DNA of 49,442 bases, filler included, from Catajapyx aquilonaris (lineage: Eukaryota): assembly GCA_000934665.2 (NCBI GenBank). It is 2 parts of 2 records of this genome, joined end to end, with 100 filler letters (N's around TTAATTAATTAA, not from the genome) between each part and the next. Parts side by side here need not be neighbours in the genome. Positions count along the whole stretch, not along the records: positions 1 to 24,613 come from KZ539357.1; 1 more part is not named here. The stretch is one strand, 5' to 3'. Below, piece by piece: positions 1 to 13,200 of the stretch. The notes beneath the pieces are model-generated. The model was not told the origin of the DNA and ran no database searches. It worked only from the letters and a program-made list of their open reading frames with translations. Each line of letters begins with the position of its first letter. Positions within the stretch are counted from its first letter, which is position 1. The translations under genes were made by a program, and so were the position numbers.

Positions 1-2092
1 GTGGCAATACTGCAGGGACTAATACGGTACCGTACATATAGTTAGCGCCTTTGGGGGGATGGGAAGGATTAAAATAATAAAAGTGATCCAAGCGTCAAAC
101 ACAACAGAAAGTGCACAGAGACTACAGACATACCGGTACCGTATACGTATGTGAAGAGCTCCTACTACTTGTAAGTTACTACTTGTAGTTTGTAAGAAAG
201 TAATAATATCGGCATAACACAGGTTTTTAAAAACAACCCAGTCCTGCGAGTAAACTCCAATAACAAGCCAATTTGCAAGTGATGTAACTGACAGCAGATG
301 AGGTAGATGGCCTTAGGTCAACATTTTGTTGTTAGCATGAATCATTCTGCTTCGCAGCGTCATTCAAGTGTGAAACGAGAAGGTAGCGTGATCTACAATC
401 AAAACCTGCACAGTCTAACAGTAGAAATTGATTAAAAGAGAGGAAAAACACGGCCTTTGGAAATTATGGTGCAATTTATGGAAATCACAATTAGCTCCCC
501 AAAAAAATCGTAACAATACAGATGGCAAAAAGACATAATCCAAAGGGCCTGAATCAGATCAGTGCTTTAAGATACATTTTACATGCCTGTTTGGAGTTTG
601 AGAGTATTGTTTTAAAATAAAAGGCCGGCTCTCACTGTCAGATGCGTTGTCATGAGATGGTGAGATGCCAGAACTTGCCTTATTTATTATGCATCTGTCA
701 GATAAGAATCTGTGTTAACAAAGAAAATTATCATACTGAATATTACCGGAACCTGTCACAATAATAAAAATAATAAACAACAATGGGCACATTCATTTTG
801 GAATTTCTGGTTATTACGAATGAAAGTATTTCTAAAAGAAGAGATAGGTTATATGTGTTTCAGGTAATAATTGGATTTAAAAAAAAAACACCTCGTAATA
901 TTGTAATTGGTCTCTTTGTGATCTTGCATCAGTACAGGCCATTTTGACCGCGATCATCAGTGGTAAAGAACAGGAAAGCCACACAATGAGCGAGTTCGTG
1001 GGTGAGTGGTGGATGGTAATTGACCACTGCAGAGGATGATGGCCGACGTTCGATGCTCCCTCGGCCAGCCGTCAAGAAAGGAACTCGGTTATTAGTCCTC
1101 CGCACATGATGAAGGATGAGGAGGATTGCAGGTGACCTTACAGAAGGCCGTTACGGTCTCGCCCTTTTCCTGCCCATTCTTCTCTTTTGTCTCCCCCCTT
1201 TGTCTTCTGATGATCCTCCACTTGCTTATTCCTCCAAAAAGCGAAAGTTAATGCCAATTGACAGCAAGGTCATCGGGTTTCAGTGGCCCACCATGAGAAA
1301 CAAGCTTGAGGCATGAAGTACCATGTCGTCAGTAGATTGTAGTTACCGCCCATTTGGCAGCGTTATTAGTCATCCACGCCTATTCTAAAGTCATTAAAGA
1401 GTCGGTTTATTATTTCCTGTTGTACGTCATCTTTTGTTTCAGACCAGAGATGGGAGGAACGTCTATTTTCAGATTTACAAGGAAAAAAAATATGATTTAC
1501 GATCTGGATGAAAATGTACTGATTCTGACGCTTGGGATAGATGGAGGTTAGCCATGGTCACCTCCTTCAACCCCGAACTCTCGTTTTCACCCGGCCTCTA
1601 GGGGGGGCAAGGTCACCGCCTCCTCTCGTTCTCAACGCTCCGTTGACTTCAAAGCTTATCTTTCTGTCTTTCCTCCCTGAAGAGTGGGAATAAAAAATAA
1701 AAATGAAATCTTTCCCCCACCTTCCCACTACCTTCTACACCCTCCAACCACACACTTCGCAAAAAAGAAAAACTGGAATATCAGGAACATTTGGCTACCA
1801 GAAACATTAGCGAATATACTTATTTTGAATAGAACCAATAACAATCAGCAAAAACATACCTTTTTTTCAAGGATTTTGACGGTAGCCAGTAATTGTTTGA
1901 CTGTTGTATGCATCAATAGAAATAAAAGCTACGATGGGTGGGGTCTTTATTAGTTCCCGTGGACTTCACCAGGATGCGCCATGACTCCACCCACGCCACC
2001 CCCAGACATCTTAAAAGGACTGCTGTGCTCCGTTTGCCTTTCCATTACTTAATCTGATTGTTAGGAGTTTACAATAGTACACTGGAGCACCA

Positions 2093-3513
2093 ATGTTGCT
2101 CCTAACCTTTGCCTTAGGAACATTGGTGACGGGAGGATGGACGGTTCCCTATACCAGACGGGGGTCTAGTGAGTTGACACATTAGACTTTTGAGTTTGTA
2201 GCAGGTCATTTGACGAAGATTGGTGTCTCCTCAGGTTGCTTCACTCGAGAGAGCATCGGGCAAGAATTGGCGCCAGAAGTAACTCGTAGAGAGATATTCC
2301 TGAAGGACGTCACCGAGTGCGAGAGAGAGTGTCGAGCCGCCCATTTTGATTGTCCTGCCTTCAGCTTTGCGTGAGTCGCCTTAATGTTCTTCCTCGTCAT
2401 TTTACTTTTCTATTCTTTTGTGCCGGGGTTCTTTTGCTTTTTTAGCCAAGGAACACATGTGAGGGTGCGCTTGTACTGTTCATTGGATTGTTAAGGATCT
2501 CAAGGAGGCGGGGGGAAGTTTGGAAAGGGGCTGATGCAACATGACAGATTTTGGGTGGAAATTTTGATGTGGATCACTGCACTGAAGAGTGAATATGAGT
2601 TCAGGTTCAGTGCTTTGGTGCATTGTATTGTTGCCATCCACTTATTAATTTTGAAAACTTTCTTTGATCCGGAGTAGAATGATGTGAGCGTTTTTTGAGT
2701 CTTCAGGGTGAGGTAATGTTTGGAAATGCCCATTGTCTTCCAAGAAGACTATCTGACTTCTCCGTAATTAAATTCATTAAAATTAGTAGCACAAGCGAAT
2801 GGCCCCATCACAAGCCCAAATATTGCGGAGTAAGACGTCACACGTCCACCGTCACACTTGCGTACAGTACAACGAGGGTAACACTCATAATTCATAGCAG
2901 ATAAGTGTTACAGTAATTTACTCTACAATTAATGATTTTGCAATACAAAGTTCCGTGTCCAAATTGCAACAGCCATGATTATTGTCGCGTACAAACTCAT
3001 GCTCAGTGATAACATCTGTTTATAAAAAAAATACGCCACTTTTGAATTACGCAGCTTAACCGCTCTGTATAACCCAGGTAGTGAGACGAAAAGAGTATCA
3101 TGTACCGAACCTGAGTCAGGCATCATTGACTGCAAAGTGAGACCGTTATACCTTATGCTTATACGCATACACGACAAAAGCTTCATTAGTTAGGATGTCT
3201 CCATCTTTCAAACAAACCATGACCTACAGTCTAGACGCCCTATTTTGAGCCCATCCTTTTTGCTCTTGCAGGCCATCATCCGCATCCAACGGCACCTGCC
3301 GCCTGACAACCTCATATGGCGGCCGAACAAACAACAACGAAGACATCCTCCTGTTTGTCAACAATACCTTGGCCGACTTCTACCGTCGCATACCCGAATG
3401 CCGGTACTTGGACGACAACTACAACTCCGTTCTGGAGACCACTCGACCTTCCACATCGCCTCTCTACAACCCACAGCCTTACTCCAAGCCTTATTACTAC
3501 GGATTCTCCTCAG
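2093..3513 (+). CDS. Signal peptide plus one PAN/apple domain; alternative 5' part of the downstream PAN gene or a separate paralog
   Basis: Exons 2093-2168 (MLLLTFALGTLVTGGWTVPYTRRGS, donor A|GTGAGT), 2235-2370 (CFTRESIGQELAPEVTRREIFLKDVTECERECRAAHFDCPAFSF, donor GTGAGT) and 3272-3513 (PSSASNGTCRLTTSYGG...ADFYRRIPEC...YYYGFSS, donor G|GTATGG). Phases are consistent and the Cys pattern matches the downstream PAN repeats. Not captured by the ORF track. Confidence 0.8.
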
Positions 3514-4609
3514 GTATGGACACACATTTTTGCTCGAAATTATGCTAAACAATGACCACATTTTGTTTTGGAAGCGACAGGACGGACAAATGGCCTCCAA
3601 CTACATTATTGTTGAAGTGTAGGATTCCGTTGCGGAAAAGGAAAGCTCGTTCCCTAAAATTAAGTAAAAAAAAAAGTTGGGTAAGGACACAAGGAGAGGT
3701 AAAAGAAGGTACTAACGAGTAAGCGGAAATCCAAGTGCAGGAATTTTATGAAGAGGGTGGCGGGGATGACGGGTAGGGGGAGTAGAAGGAAGTGTGGTTC
3801 CGCTAAATTATCACCCACACGAGAAACGACCTCGGGGTTTATTCTGAAGGCGGACATACCCAACAAAAAATGCTACCTGAAAACTGACGTAAGACAAGAT
3901 CCGTAAATGTTGTTCCCTTTTATCAATCTGGATTGGATGCGCATGGGGCTTGCTTCTTCGAGCGTAACATCTAGTATATCGTGAAGGACGACTTCCCACA
4001 TTGTAATAGCTGGTTGTTGACGAACGAGTGTGAATAGGGTTGGTCTTACATGTTATGAAATCATAAAGTCAACTGAGTTGTATTTATCATTATAGAGGCT
4101 TACTGTATAAGTTATGATAATGACTTTCAGATTTGTCACGGTTATTAGGGCACACAGGCGAATCGCTGAAACTCAAATGAATTATCCTCAGATATTTTCA
4201 ATTATTGTAGCTGCACTTCATTACGTTCATTAAATTATTTGTCAAAGTTAAATTGATATGAAACTATGCTTCATAGATTTGGTTTTGTACTTTTGGGGGA
4301 AAGTCTGATAGTGTATAATGATTCAATTCTTAAAGAGGTTATTTTTTATTTTTTATTTTGTTTACCCCGTGATGTCCCTTACGGGATCTATAGGTGGGTG
4401 GCACACCACCATCAGTTTTCTATATATTTTCCAGCTTCTTTCTCCGGTGCAAGGAAACAGGGATATTGGGAAAGGATAGGAATTGTTGGGGAGGGGACAC
4501 CTTAAAGAGGTTATGTACGATCACGTTTTATCCTGTGAGGTGGATGGAATGGCGCAATACATATGACAGAATTAAACTGACAGGTGACAAACGACTGAAT
4601 TCGTCATAC

Positions 4610-5014
4610 GTATATTTTGTTAGATATACCCCGTGCTAGAGCCATGGGCTCTCTTGGGGGAGTGGAATACCACTATGTGCAGGGACAGGGTGGGGATAGG
4701 AGGGGGGGGGGACACTGGTGCATGTGCAATGTCATCAAGTTGGGGGTCGTGTGCAGTCCCTCAGGGGGCCGTTCGATTAGATGACCCCCTAGATGCGAGT
4801 TAGAAACCCCCGACTAACCCGCACCTCCTCCAGGACAGGGGAAGGAAGGAAGCGTCTGTGGCCTATTTTACGGTACGATCCCGGAAATTATTTTTGGGGC
4901 GACCTTGGAAAACCACAGAAAACCAAGGTCAGGACCGCCGGCCTCCAGGACTCGAACCCAGGACCTCCCGATTAGCAGTCGGATACCAAATCCCCTCCGC
5001 CACTACTGCTTCGG
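4610..5014 (-). mobile_element. tRNA-derived SINE
   Basis: Minus strand begins ACCGAAGCAGTAGTGGCGGAGGGG...CCGACTGCTAATCGGGAGGTCCTGGGTTCGAGTCC (B box). The body is similar to the copy at 5285, and the tail is hairpin-CACGGGGTA-A-rich. The 3' boundary is approximate. Confidence 0.75.
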
Positions 5015-5284
5015 TATCATACGTATTAATACAGTACACTCTTTAAAATGGGTCAGTCCAAATCGACCACTTTCGCTTGGTCTAGCGCACGGGGTCTAGA
5101 GCAAAATAGTTGTGACTACTACAAAACAAATGAGTCTCATTTCTACGATCAAAATACTCGAGTGGAGTACATTGGTTAATGTTATAAGCACTCCACACGA
5201 CAGATACAGCCACATTCTATTCGACTACTTATACATGATAATATGATTGATATGTAATATTTAGTTATATATCATATCTGTGAC

Positions 5285-5636
5285 ACCGAAGCAGGTTGGT
5301 GTAGTGGTTAAGGCATCCGACTGTTAATCGGGAGGTCCTGGGTTCGATTCCCGGGGTCGGCGATCCTGGCCGTGGTTTTCTGTGGTTTCACATGGTCCCC
5401 CTTTGATAATTCCGGGATCGCTTCCGTATAATAGGCCACAGCTGCTTCCTTCTTCCCCTATCCTTGGCCCCACCAATGTGTGAGGAAGATTTCAGAAAGA
5501 TTTAGTGGTAAAATGGTGGTACTCCACATCCCCCCCCCCCNNNNNNNNNNNNNNNNNNNNNNNNNNNNNNNNCCCCCCCCCCCTAAAGGAGCGCCGATGA
5601 TCCCAATGGGGTAATATAAATAAATAAATTAAAATA
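5285..5636 (+). mobile_element. tRNA-derived SINE (tRNA-Asn-like head)
   Basis: A box TGGTGTAGTGG, anticodon-like arm CCGACTGTTAATCGG, B box GGTTCGATTCC. A non-tRNA body is shared with two other copies; the tail is AATGGGGTAATATAAATAAATAAA. Contains a 32-N gap. Confidence 0.8.
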
Positions 5637-6493
5637 CCTGTAACCATTCTGAGGCGACTGACGAGTTGCCTTTATTGGTCAAATTGACGAAAACATTTGT
5701 CGGAGCAATGGTAACACTTCGATTGGATTTGGTCAATTTTGACTAGATATTTTTGAAATTGTACACATAGAATCAGTACCAAAAGACTTTCTGTTGTGTT
5801 TGAGTGCTCCAAAGCAAACATGCACGTGACAACGTGAGTACAGTAAATATCGTATAATGTACATTTCAGTATAGGCCAATGTCTTTTAAACTATTTGTGG
5901 AATTAGCATACTATTCTTCCGATTTAGTGGCGCTTCCAAAATACTGGACTGGAATCACTTTCATAATTGCAAAATTGTGTAGTATATATTATGCTACATG
6001 AGAACCTATGTCAGACTTGCACATCGGAGTAATAAAAACTCACTCATAAAATTGCATCACAGGCTTGTAATTAGTAATTACGTATTTTCAAAACACTCGC
6101 CCCAAGTGATGCTTGCTGAGGGAATTAATACAAGCAGACTCCACTTTCTGCACGTCCCATTGTATGAACGCAAAATTAAATGGAAATATCGTACTGTGTA
6201 CAGTACAGGTATTCACAATACACAATCAGATATTTTCTCCTAATTTGAGTTGATACAACTGGCCCTTAACTTTAAGGGTTATCCGACTTTTAACTGGAAG
6301 CGACTTAAGGGATTTTTTTTGTTCAACTGATCTACTCTGAAGTAGGTACAAAAAATAAAAGCCCTGACTTGGGGGTCGCACCCAGAGCAATTCTATTCTT
6401 TGGCGCGAAGTTTCCATGCGCCATGTAGCCTTCTCCAAACTAATGATTATCCTAAAATGCATGCAAATTGAGCTCATTGTATTCGTCATTCTA

Positions 6494-6569
6494 AAAAATC
6501 TCAAGTCAATTCATTTGCTGTTTTATAAAGTTCTTTATAAAACAGCAAATGAATTGACTTGAGATTTTT
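6494..6569. repeat. Perfect inverted repeat (37-bp arms, 2-nt loop)
   Basis: AAAAATCTCAAGTCAATTCATTTGCTGTTTTATAAAG-TT-CTTTATAAAACAGCAAATGAATTGACTTGAGATTTTT. Confidence 0.9.
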
Positions 6570-7279
6570 ACATTTTTTAAGAATGATGGTATAATGGTAT
6601 ACCATTAGTATAATGGTAAAATGCGATAAAACTATTATATCTTTATAATAGTTGTATCATATTTTTTCTGAAAGGGCTATTGGTAAACTACGCAAAAATA
6701 GGGACTTCATCTTCATATTTATTTAAACAATTAAAATTACAATTTAGTGTCTCAAACAGCTGATTCCATACTAATCCCCAGTGTAGTCTAATCGACAATC
6801 ATCCTGATACAACTTTACTATAACCCCCNCCCCCCCCCCCCCACAAACACCTTCGATTCTTAGCCCACTTTTGGTTTGCAACATTCATAATCTGAGGAAG
6901 TGTGCAATGAATTAATATTGTATGCCCTCCCCTAACATGGCCTCGCTTGGCAGTTTCACACGCGTGTGAAACCAAGCATTCTACCGCAGCAGTGGTGGAC
7001 TTGGAGTGTGTAAGTTGAAGGAGGGGTCGAGATACCACCACCCTCACAATATTCAACACTCTCAACTAACACGCAAATATTCTGGACAAGAGACGGACTA
7101 TACAACTATACCACCCAACCATACCCCCTACCACCATCCCCCATCCAAGTCTGTGGTACATGCTTGGTTGATCCGGAGATGAGGTTAGGCGTAGGCGGTG
7201 TGTGAGCCAAGTGAAATCTCGTTGGTGGTGACCAGTGGTTGACGGAAGGTCGGGGAGGACTGACGCTCCCTCCGCAACC

Positions 7280-10200
7280 ATGGGGTCGCACAAGTGTTTC
7301 ACGTTCTCGCTGCTGGCCTGTCTGGTACATGTCGCAAGTGGTACACGCATCGCCATTATTGAAGACGCCAAACAAGGTATGAGAGTGCTGTCGGTGGTGA
7401 TTGTGTCGGTAGGTGGAACCCAAATCTTGGTGTTGTGCTGGTGTGCGGTATGACAATGTACGCAAATTTACCCACGTGGTTGCACGGTCCTCTACAAGGG
7501 GCGAGTTAATTAGCATTTTGCATGCATTTTATGGGCCACTTCAGGACGCATAAATTACACGATCTGTGAGTAAACATGGGCTCATCTTGTATATCGTATA
7601 ATGGGGTACAAATTATTTGAATGAGCCTTATCATGCAGGCGGATTACGTTTCCGGGGTTCCGCATAGGCAGCAATGTTAGGAAAGCACTCTGATACATTT
7701 GTGTGATTAGCTTGAGCAGTGAATTTCTCTCGCACTTATTACACGTGCGATTACCGATGCGTGTTTCCGTAATTGTAATATCAAGCATTCGTAGAGCGAA
7801 TTTGTCATTTGTATACGAAACAAATTAATTGCCTGCAGGAAATATCGTGTTCAATGTTGAGTTCGTGATAAATGACAGGAGTAATGTTGGTGCCAGACAT
7901 TTAGATGCAATGTAATGACTAAACACGACTGTATGCTCACTTGAGCCCAGTAAAGTAGACAAATGATAAGGCTTACAGTTATAGTTACGTAAGTACCAGC
8001 ATGCTGTTTATTGCTTGGTTTATTGCCATTGTGATATGAAAGAAGTAAACCTTGATTCCTTTGGTGTCGCCTAAACAATAAATCTTGCTCGAGGTTAGAC
8101 ACTATAAAATTAATAATGCATTTTATTAAGGCATTTCAGATCTGTCAAATGTTTTAGAGCGAGACAAGAACATTCTGCATTAGTCATGTCGTACTAATAG
8201 GGCCAACTTAATTGATAACCCGTTTAAAGCATTTTTTACACTATTATTGTAACAATAATTATGTTCGTGCTACGATTATTAATGCCGCTCTTTAGTTAAA
8301 CTGTTACCCATCATTAGTCTGAAAATGCTAAACTTACATCAATATTTTTTGACTGCTCAAGATATAATAATATGATTCGCGCGCGCGTGCGCATTGCTAT
8401 AGTAACTCCGGTGTTAATGAGTAACCGAATTTTTCATTGAAAGGCATCTACTGTTTTGAATGATGTAACACAAAATTAATTTCCTTGGATAACAGCGGAT
8501 CACATAACCAAATGAGTATTTGACAAACCCAATATTACAATGCCATAATAGATATGAAACCATGTACTGAATTACTCTGAAGCTGTGTGTTACATTAGTC
8601 CACATTAAGTAACATGGAGAACTAGATAATTCATTTGTTTGTTTCTACTGATTCATCGTATCCTTTTGAGCCAAGTGAGATTGCAAATGACTTACAAGAA
8701 ATAAGCGAAGTCATAATGTCGTTTCTGAACTTTCTGGCATTAGCAATCCTGAAATAGATGCCCAAACAAGAAGTTTAGTATTTAAAAGTGGACTGTTACA
8801 CTGCCCATGTGAATCACGTGACATTAATATACCACCATGGGCCACAAGCATGTCACAGATTAGTTTAAAACTGCTCGAAAGGCTATAACCACTCTTAACT
8901 TTGTAGCAGTTAATATGGATTAACTATAATGGAACCTTGAAGAAGCTGCAATAATTGTTTACAAAATAATGCAGTGATCTTGGCGCCTTAAATTAATAAT
9001 AGACCAGCTAAGAAAATAGGCCCCTTAAAACGCGGATGAAATGTGCACCGTAATGTATTTTGTATACAATACAATATTAGATTGGCAATTAAACTGGTTA
9101 TTGTTTTTACAAGTACATCATGGTGCTTTGCGTGCTTCAGCAGAGTTTTTCTCATCATGACGAGTAATTGCAGCCTATTGTTCCGCTCTTAAATTTTCAC
9201 ACAGAAATTCAAGTGAATTATGACTCGGAACAGAAGTACCCCATCAATTTCTTGCATGACGGATACAATTTACAATGAGACGCATGATATACTTTTAGTG
9301 GTGTGATTGCACGTCATAGAACGCACTAATCCTTCTCTAAATTAGTTAAAGAGATGAAGAGGCATAGAGAGCGCACAGTGATATTAATCGAAAGTGACTG
9401 ATAAGCAACCTGAGACGTCCCTATACTGTAGTTCCATGATTCTCAGACTTTGTTGGCAGCGGTCACTTGTGCCAGACAATTATCTTGTATAGCTCACTCC
9501 CCCTGGAAGTAGGTATTAGATTAACGCGTCATTGACCGTAAGAATAAAGAATTTGCATTTTCGGATTCCATATGTGGAATCTACTGAAATACCGGTACTT
9601 GAGAATCACTGCTATATAGAGACATTCTCTCAGATTCTCTACCTGGCTGAAGCTAATGATATGTCGGTATTCTGCCAACAAACATCATGGTGTTATGTTT
9701 ATGAGTTATAGCCTACAAAATCACCACTGAAGAGCCATAGTGCCGTAATACAATTGGGTGATCGAGGAATGATTAGCCTCAATAACATGGAACCCTGTAC
9801 AGGGTGAACCAACTTCAAGTGTCGTTTTATAACGACTATTAATCGCCGTTATAAAACGACACTTGAAGTTGGTCCACCCTGTATACAATGTACAACATTA
9901 TTTTTTTTAAAGCCTTAAAACACATCCCCGGAGTAGAATAAGAACAGCATTAAATCGCAAAATTATAACACAAAAATGACCTCACTGATATAATAAATGA
10001 AATGATTTTGCTACTGACTATAATGCGATAACCGCAACTCATAAAATGACGGTAAGACAAGTGGCGGCACAAAGTTGTATTCACCTCAATGAGAAGGTCG
10101 TGTAGAACACAAAAACTCTTTTGTTCAGCTGTCAAAAAGTTGATATATTATTTAGAAAGGGTAAGTGCTCGCAGATATCATTCATAATTATAGTAATTGT

Positions 10201-13200
10201 GCAGTTAGAGGACAAAAAGGCACGACAGATGACTCTCACAAACTTCCTAGGCGATTTTATAGCAAGTTCAAATATGCAGTTATAATAAGGAACTCGTATT
10301 TAAAAATCAATATGGTACACATAATATCCTTGTGATTCAGGAAGAACTTCTTCTGACATTCTTTTGAAGACGTAATATTTCACTACATAAAAAATACCTT
10401 ACACTCGAAGGCGCTTATCTCCCTAATCTGGAAATGCCCATTAAAAAATCCGCCTTTTTTCATGCACGCTATCGCTTCTTGCGATCAACAAGTTCATTAC
10501 ATGTAAGTGCAAATTGTTGCAACCACCACTTCCTGGGAGTCGGCTGTTTTTGCGAAATGCGCGAGGAAACCCAAGTTTGTTCCGCTGAACTGAAAACACA
10601 AGCCTCAGTGGTGGACTTGCGTCAAAGAAATATCCGGGGGCCCTCCCATTAACAATTTACCGTAGTGCGCGTAGCTTTAGTTCAACTCCTGTAGCAATTC
10701 GTTCAAAAAAAATATATTTTTTTTCGCAAAAATGTGTGGAGGTTATGGAAATAGGATCGCCTTGAGAATGCCCGAAACTTATGCCGGAGAGAATTACGCC
10801 AGACGAATTTGCCATTGTCTTTGATTGCCGTTGCGGAACACGGAGGGCTGGAAAGGTGTTTAAAGGTGGAGATGTATAAAAGGGGTGGGCATCCGCTTGT
10901 CCCCCCAACAATGGAGGAGGACATAGCCAAAGAAAGGGATGGAAGCTCATTCTAGCGAAGAAAATTCCAACAAGAGAGGCACACCCGCCCTATTACATTT
11001 TCTACCCAGAATTTTGGTAACTACGTCCCATCCTACATAACGTCAAGGTCCTAAACACACCTAGCTAAGATCTCATCTCTGTTGGATCTAGCTTGATTCG
11101 CCTGGCCACCTAGCGCCAAGGACGTATATATGAGTGTTCCTCATCCAGGAAGTGCAGCAAAAACGTCTTATCGCCTCGGATGAGTCCCATTAGAACCAAT
11201 GGAATGATCAATAAGTAGGACACAGCAACCTTCGAACATCCCCGGCACATCTACCTTCGGAAGGTCTCATGGCAAGGTGATTCTTTGAGAAGGGCAGTCG
11301 AGGGGGGGTCATTGAGAAAATGACCAATGTTGTAAGTCCGAGCCATGAGGATTGCTCTGTAGTACAGAATATACTTGCCATCAAACAAACAATTACAACT
11401 CTGCGGACTGAAGACTTGAAGGACAATTGAGTTTCTGATCGGCACTTGTTGTACTTTTTGAGCTGACTAAGGCAAGAGATAAGAAACTGGAAACTGCCGT
11501 AGATTTCATGCATAATGTACGGCCCATTATCAGCACATAAATTAATCAACGATGATCAACGATCTTGCTTTTCTTTTTTACTTAACCAGGAGAGAGCATC
11601 CTTTTGAGTTGTGAAGGTCGTAACGCTAGCTAGGAATTTCCAAGAAGTAATTGGGAAATTACAGCATTCACTATTGAACAGCCAGGTGTTTCTTTATATC
11701 ATATATCAAAAAGGAATATATTCTTATTATAGTAGGGGCCGGATATCACACTACCGCGTGATGAGGTTGGGTAATCTGCCACTAATGTAAGTTTATGGTA
11801 CAGTACGTTACATGTGTGAGCCGTGGGGCATTCACGAGCCTCATTCTAGGATGTTGTAATTCCCATTATATGATATGAAAACAGTACTAATGCAGCAGGT
11901 ATTTTGACTCTGCAATATTTGAGAGTAAATATAAATAATACATATATTGAATGAATTGTATATGTAGTTATGTAAAAATAAATGACATGACTGTTTCATC
12001 CACAGTCTGCTTCCGACGTGACCTGGTTCGACGTCGACCACTACCTGCATTCGTCAGGATCTCACTTTCAGTCCGCTCCTTAGAAGAATGTGAAGACGCT
12101 TGTCTTCGAGAGAAGGCATTTTATTGCTTAGGATTCGGATTCAGTTTCTCGTGAGAAATATCATCAGACTGTGTCAAAGGCCATTATTTTAATTAATTAA
12201 TCAAATTGTTTATAGGGACTCGGATGGACGGTCCAGAAACTGTGAACTGGTTGCAGACAGGCTTTCAGATCGAGATCTGGACGGAGACCATAGGTTTGAT
12301 TTTTTCGTCAGAAGTGAATCAGAACAAGACTGTCGAGGTGGAGCGTCATTCACTGCCAGAGGACACACCTACCTACCTTTAGAATCGTCAGCAGCAGCCT
12401 CATGTTTTGAGAGGGCACGATTGGGCAGCAGATTGGACAGGTTAGTTACATCTGGCACTATATTATTTAGACACATGGTACACAGCTTGATTCAAGATTA
12501 CAATGAGTCATTAGAATCATATTTTCACCAGAGTATTTATATATAATTTCAGAGGCATTGTGGAGGACGCTGTGAAGGTCAAAAACGTGCGGGAGTGTCA
12601 GGAAGAATGTCTTCGTGCCACCAGGTTCCGTTGCCAGTCATTAAGCTTCCGGTAAGTTTCGCCATCATGTCAGTACCGTTGTAGTAATGAGTGGACGACT
12701 CGCGTGCTATGTGAGGCAGCCTTGTTTTTTGACAAGAATGCTCACAATGGCTACCTAGGTGATTCATTTTTTGTTACATTGTCGTAGTCAAGGCCGTCAA
12801 TAGGAACACAGTTCTTCATCTCTGTCACCATGTGTCCTCGGACATGTGTTGCACTAAAATAGGATGTTTAATTTTGTAATTTATTATTGTGTCAATGCCA
12901 GGATTTATAAAGAGTAAGAATTGTGGGTTGCCTGTGCGTTTCACATGACCGCCTACATGTATGGTAAATACATATGGACACACATTTTATATAGAAATGT
13001 TGTAATAGCGTCACTAATTCAGCTGTCTTTTTGACAGTTTTCCACGATATTTTGCAGAGTATACCGGTATCTTTTGTCTTGACATGCAATGCCATGTATA
13101 CTTGCACCTCCATTTCAAATATGGGAAGAAGACTTGTGTTCACGCATCGCGAACAGGCATGATATGCTTAATATTAAACTGCCTACATGCAAAAACTTTC

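Noticed and set aside
1116..1316. ORF with a hydrophobic stretch as a candidate first exon
   Set aside because: No phase-compatible donor found. The exon at 2093-2168 fits better.
5290..5362. Possible tRNA-Asn(GTT) gene
   Set aside because: No proper acceptor stem, and it continues into a body shared with other dispersed copies, so it is a SINE head.
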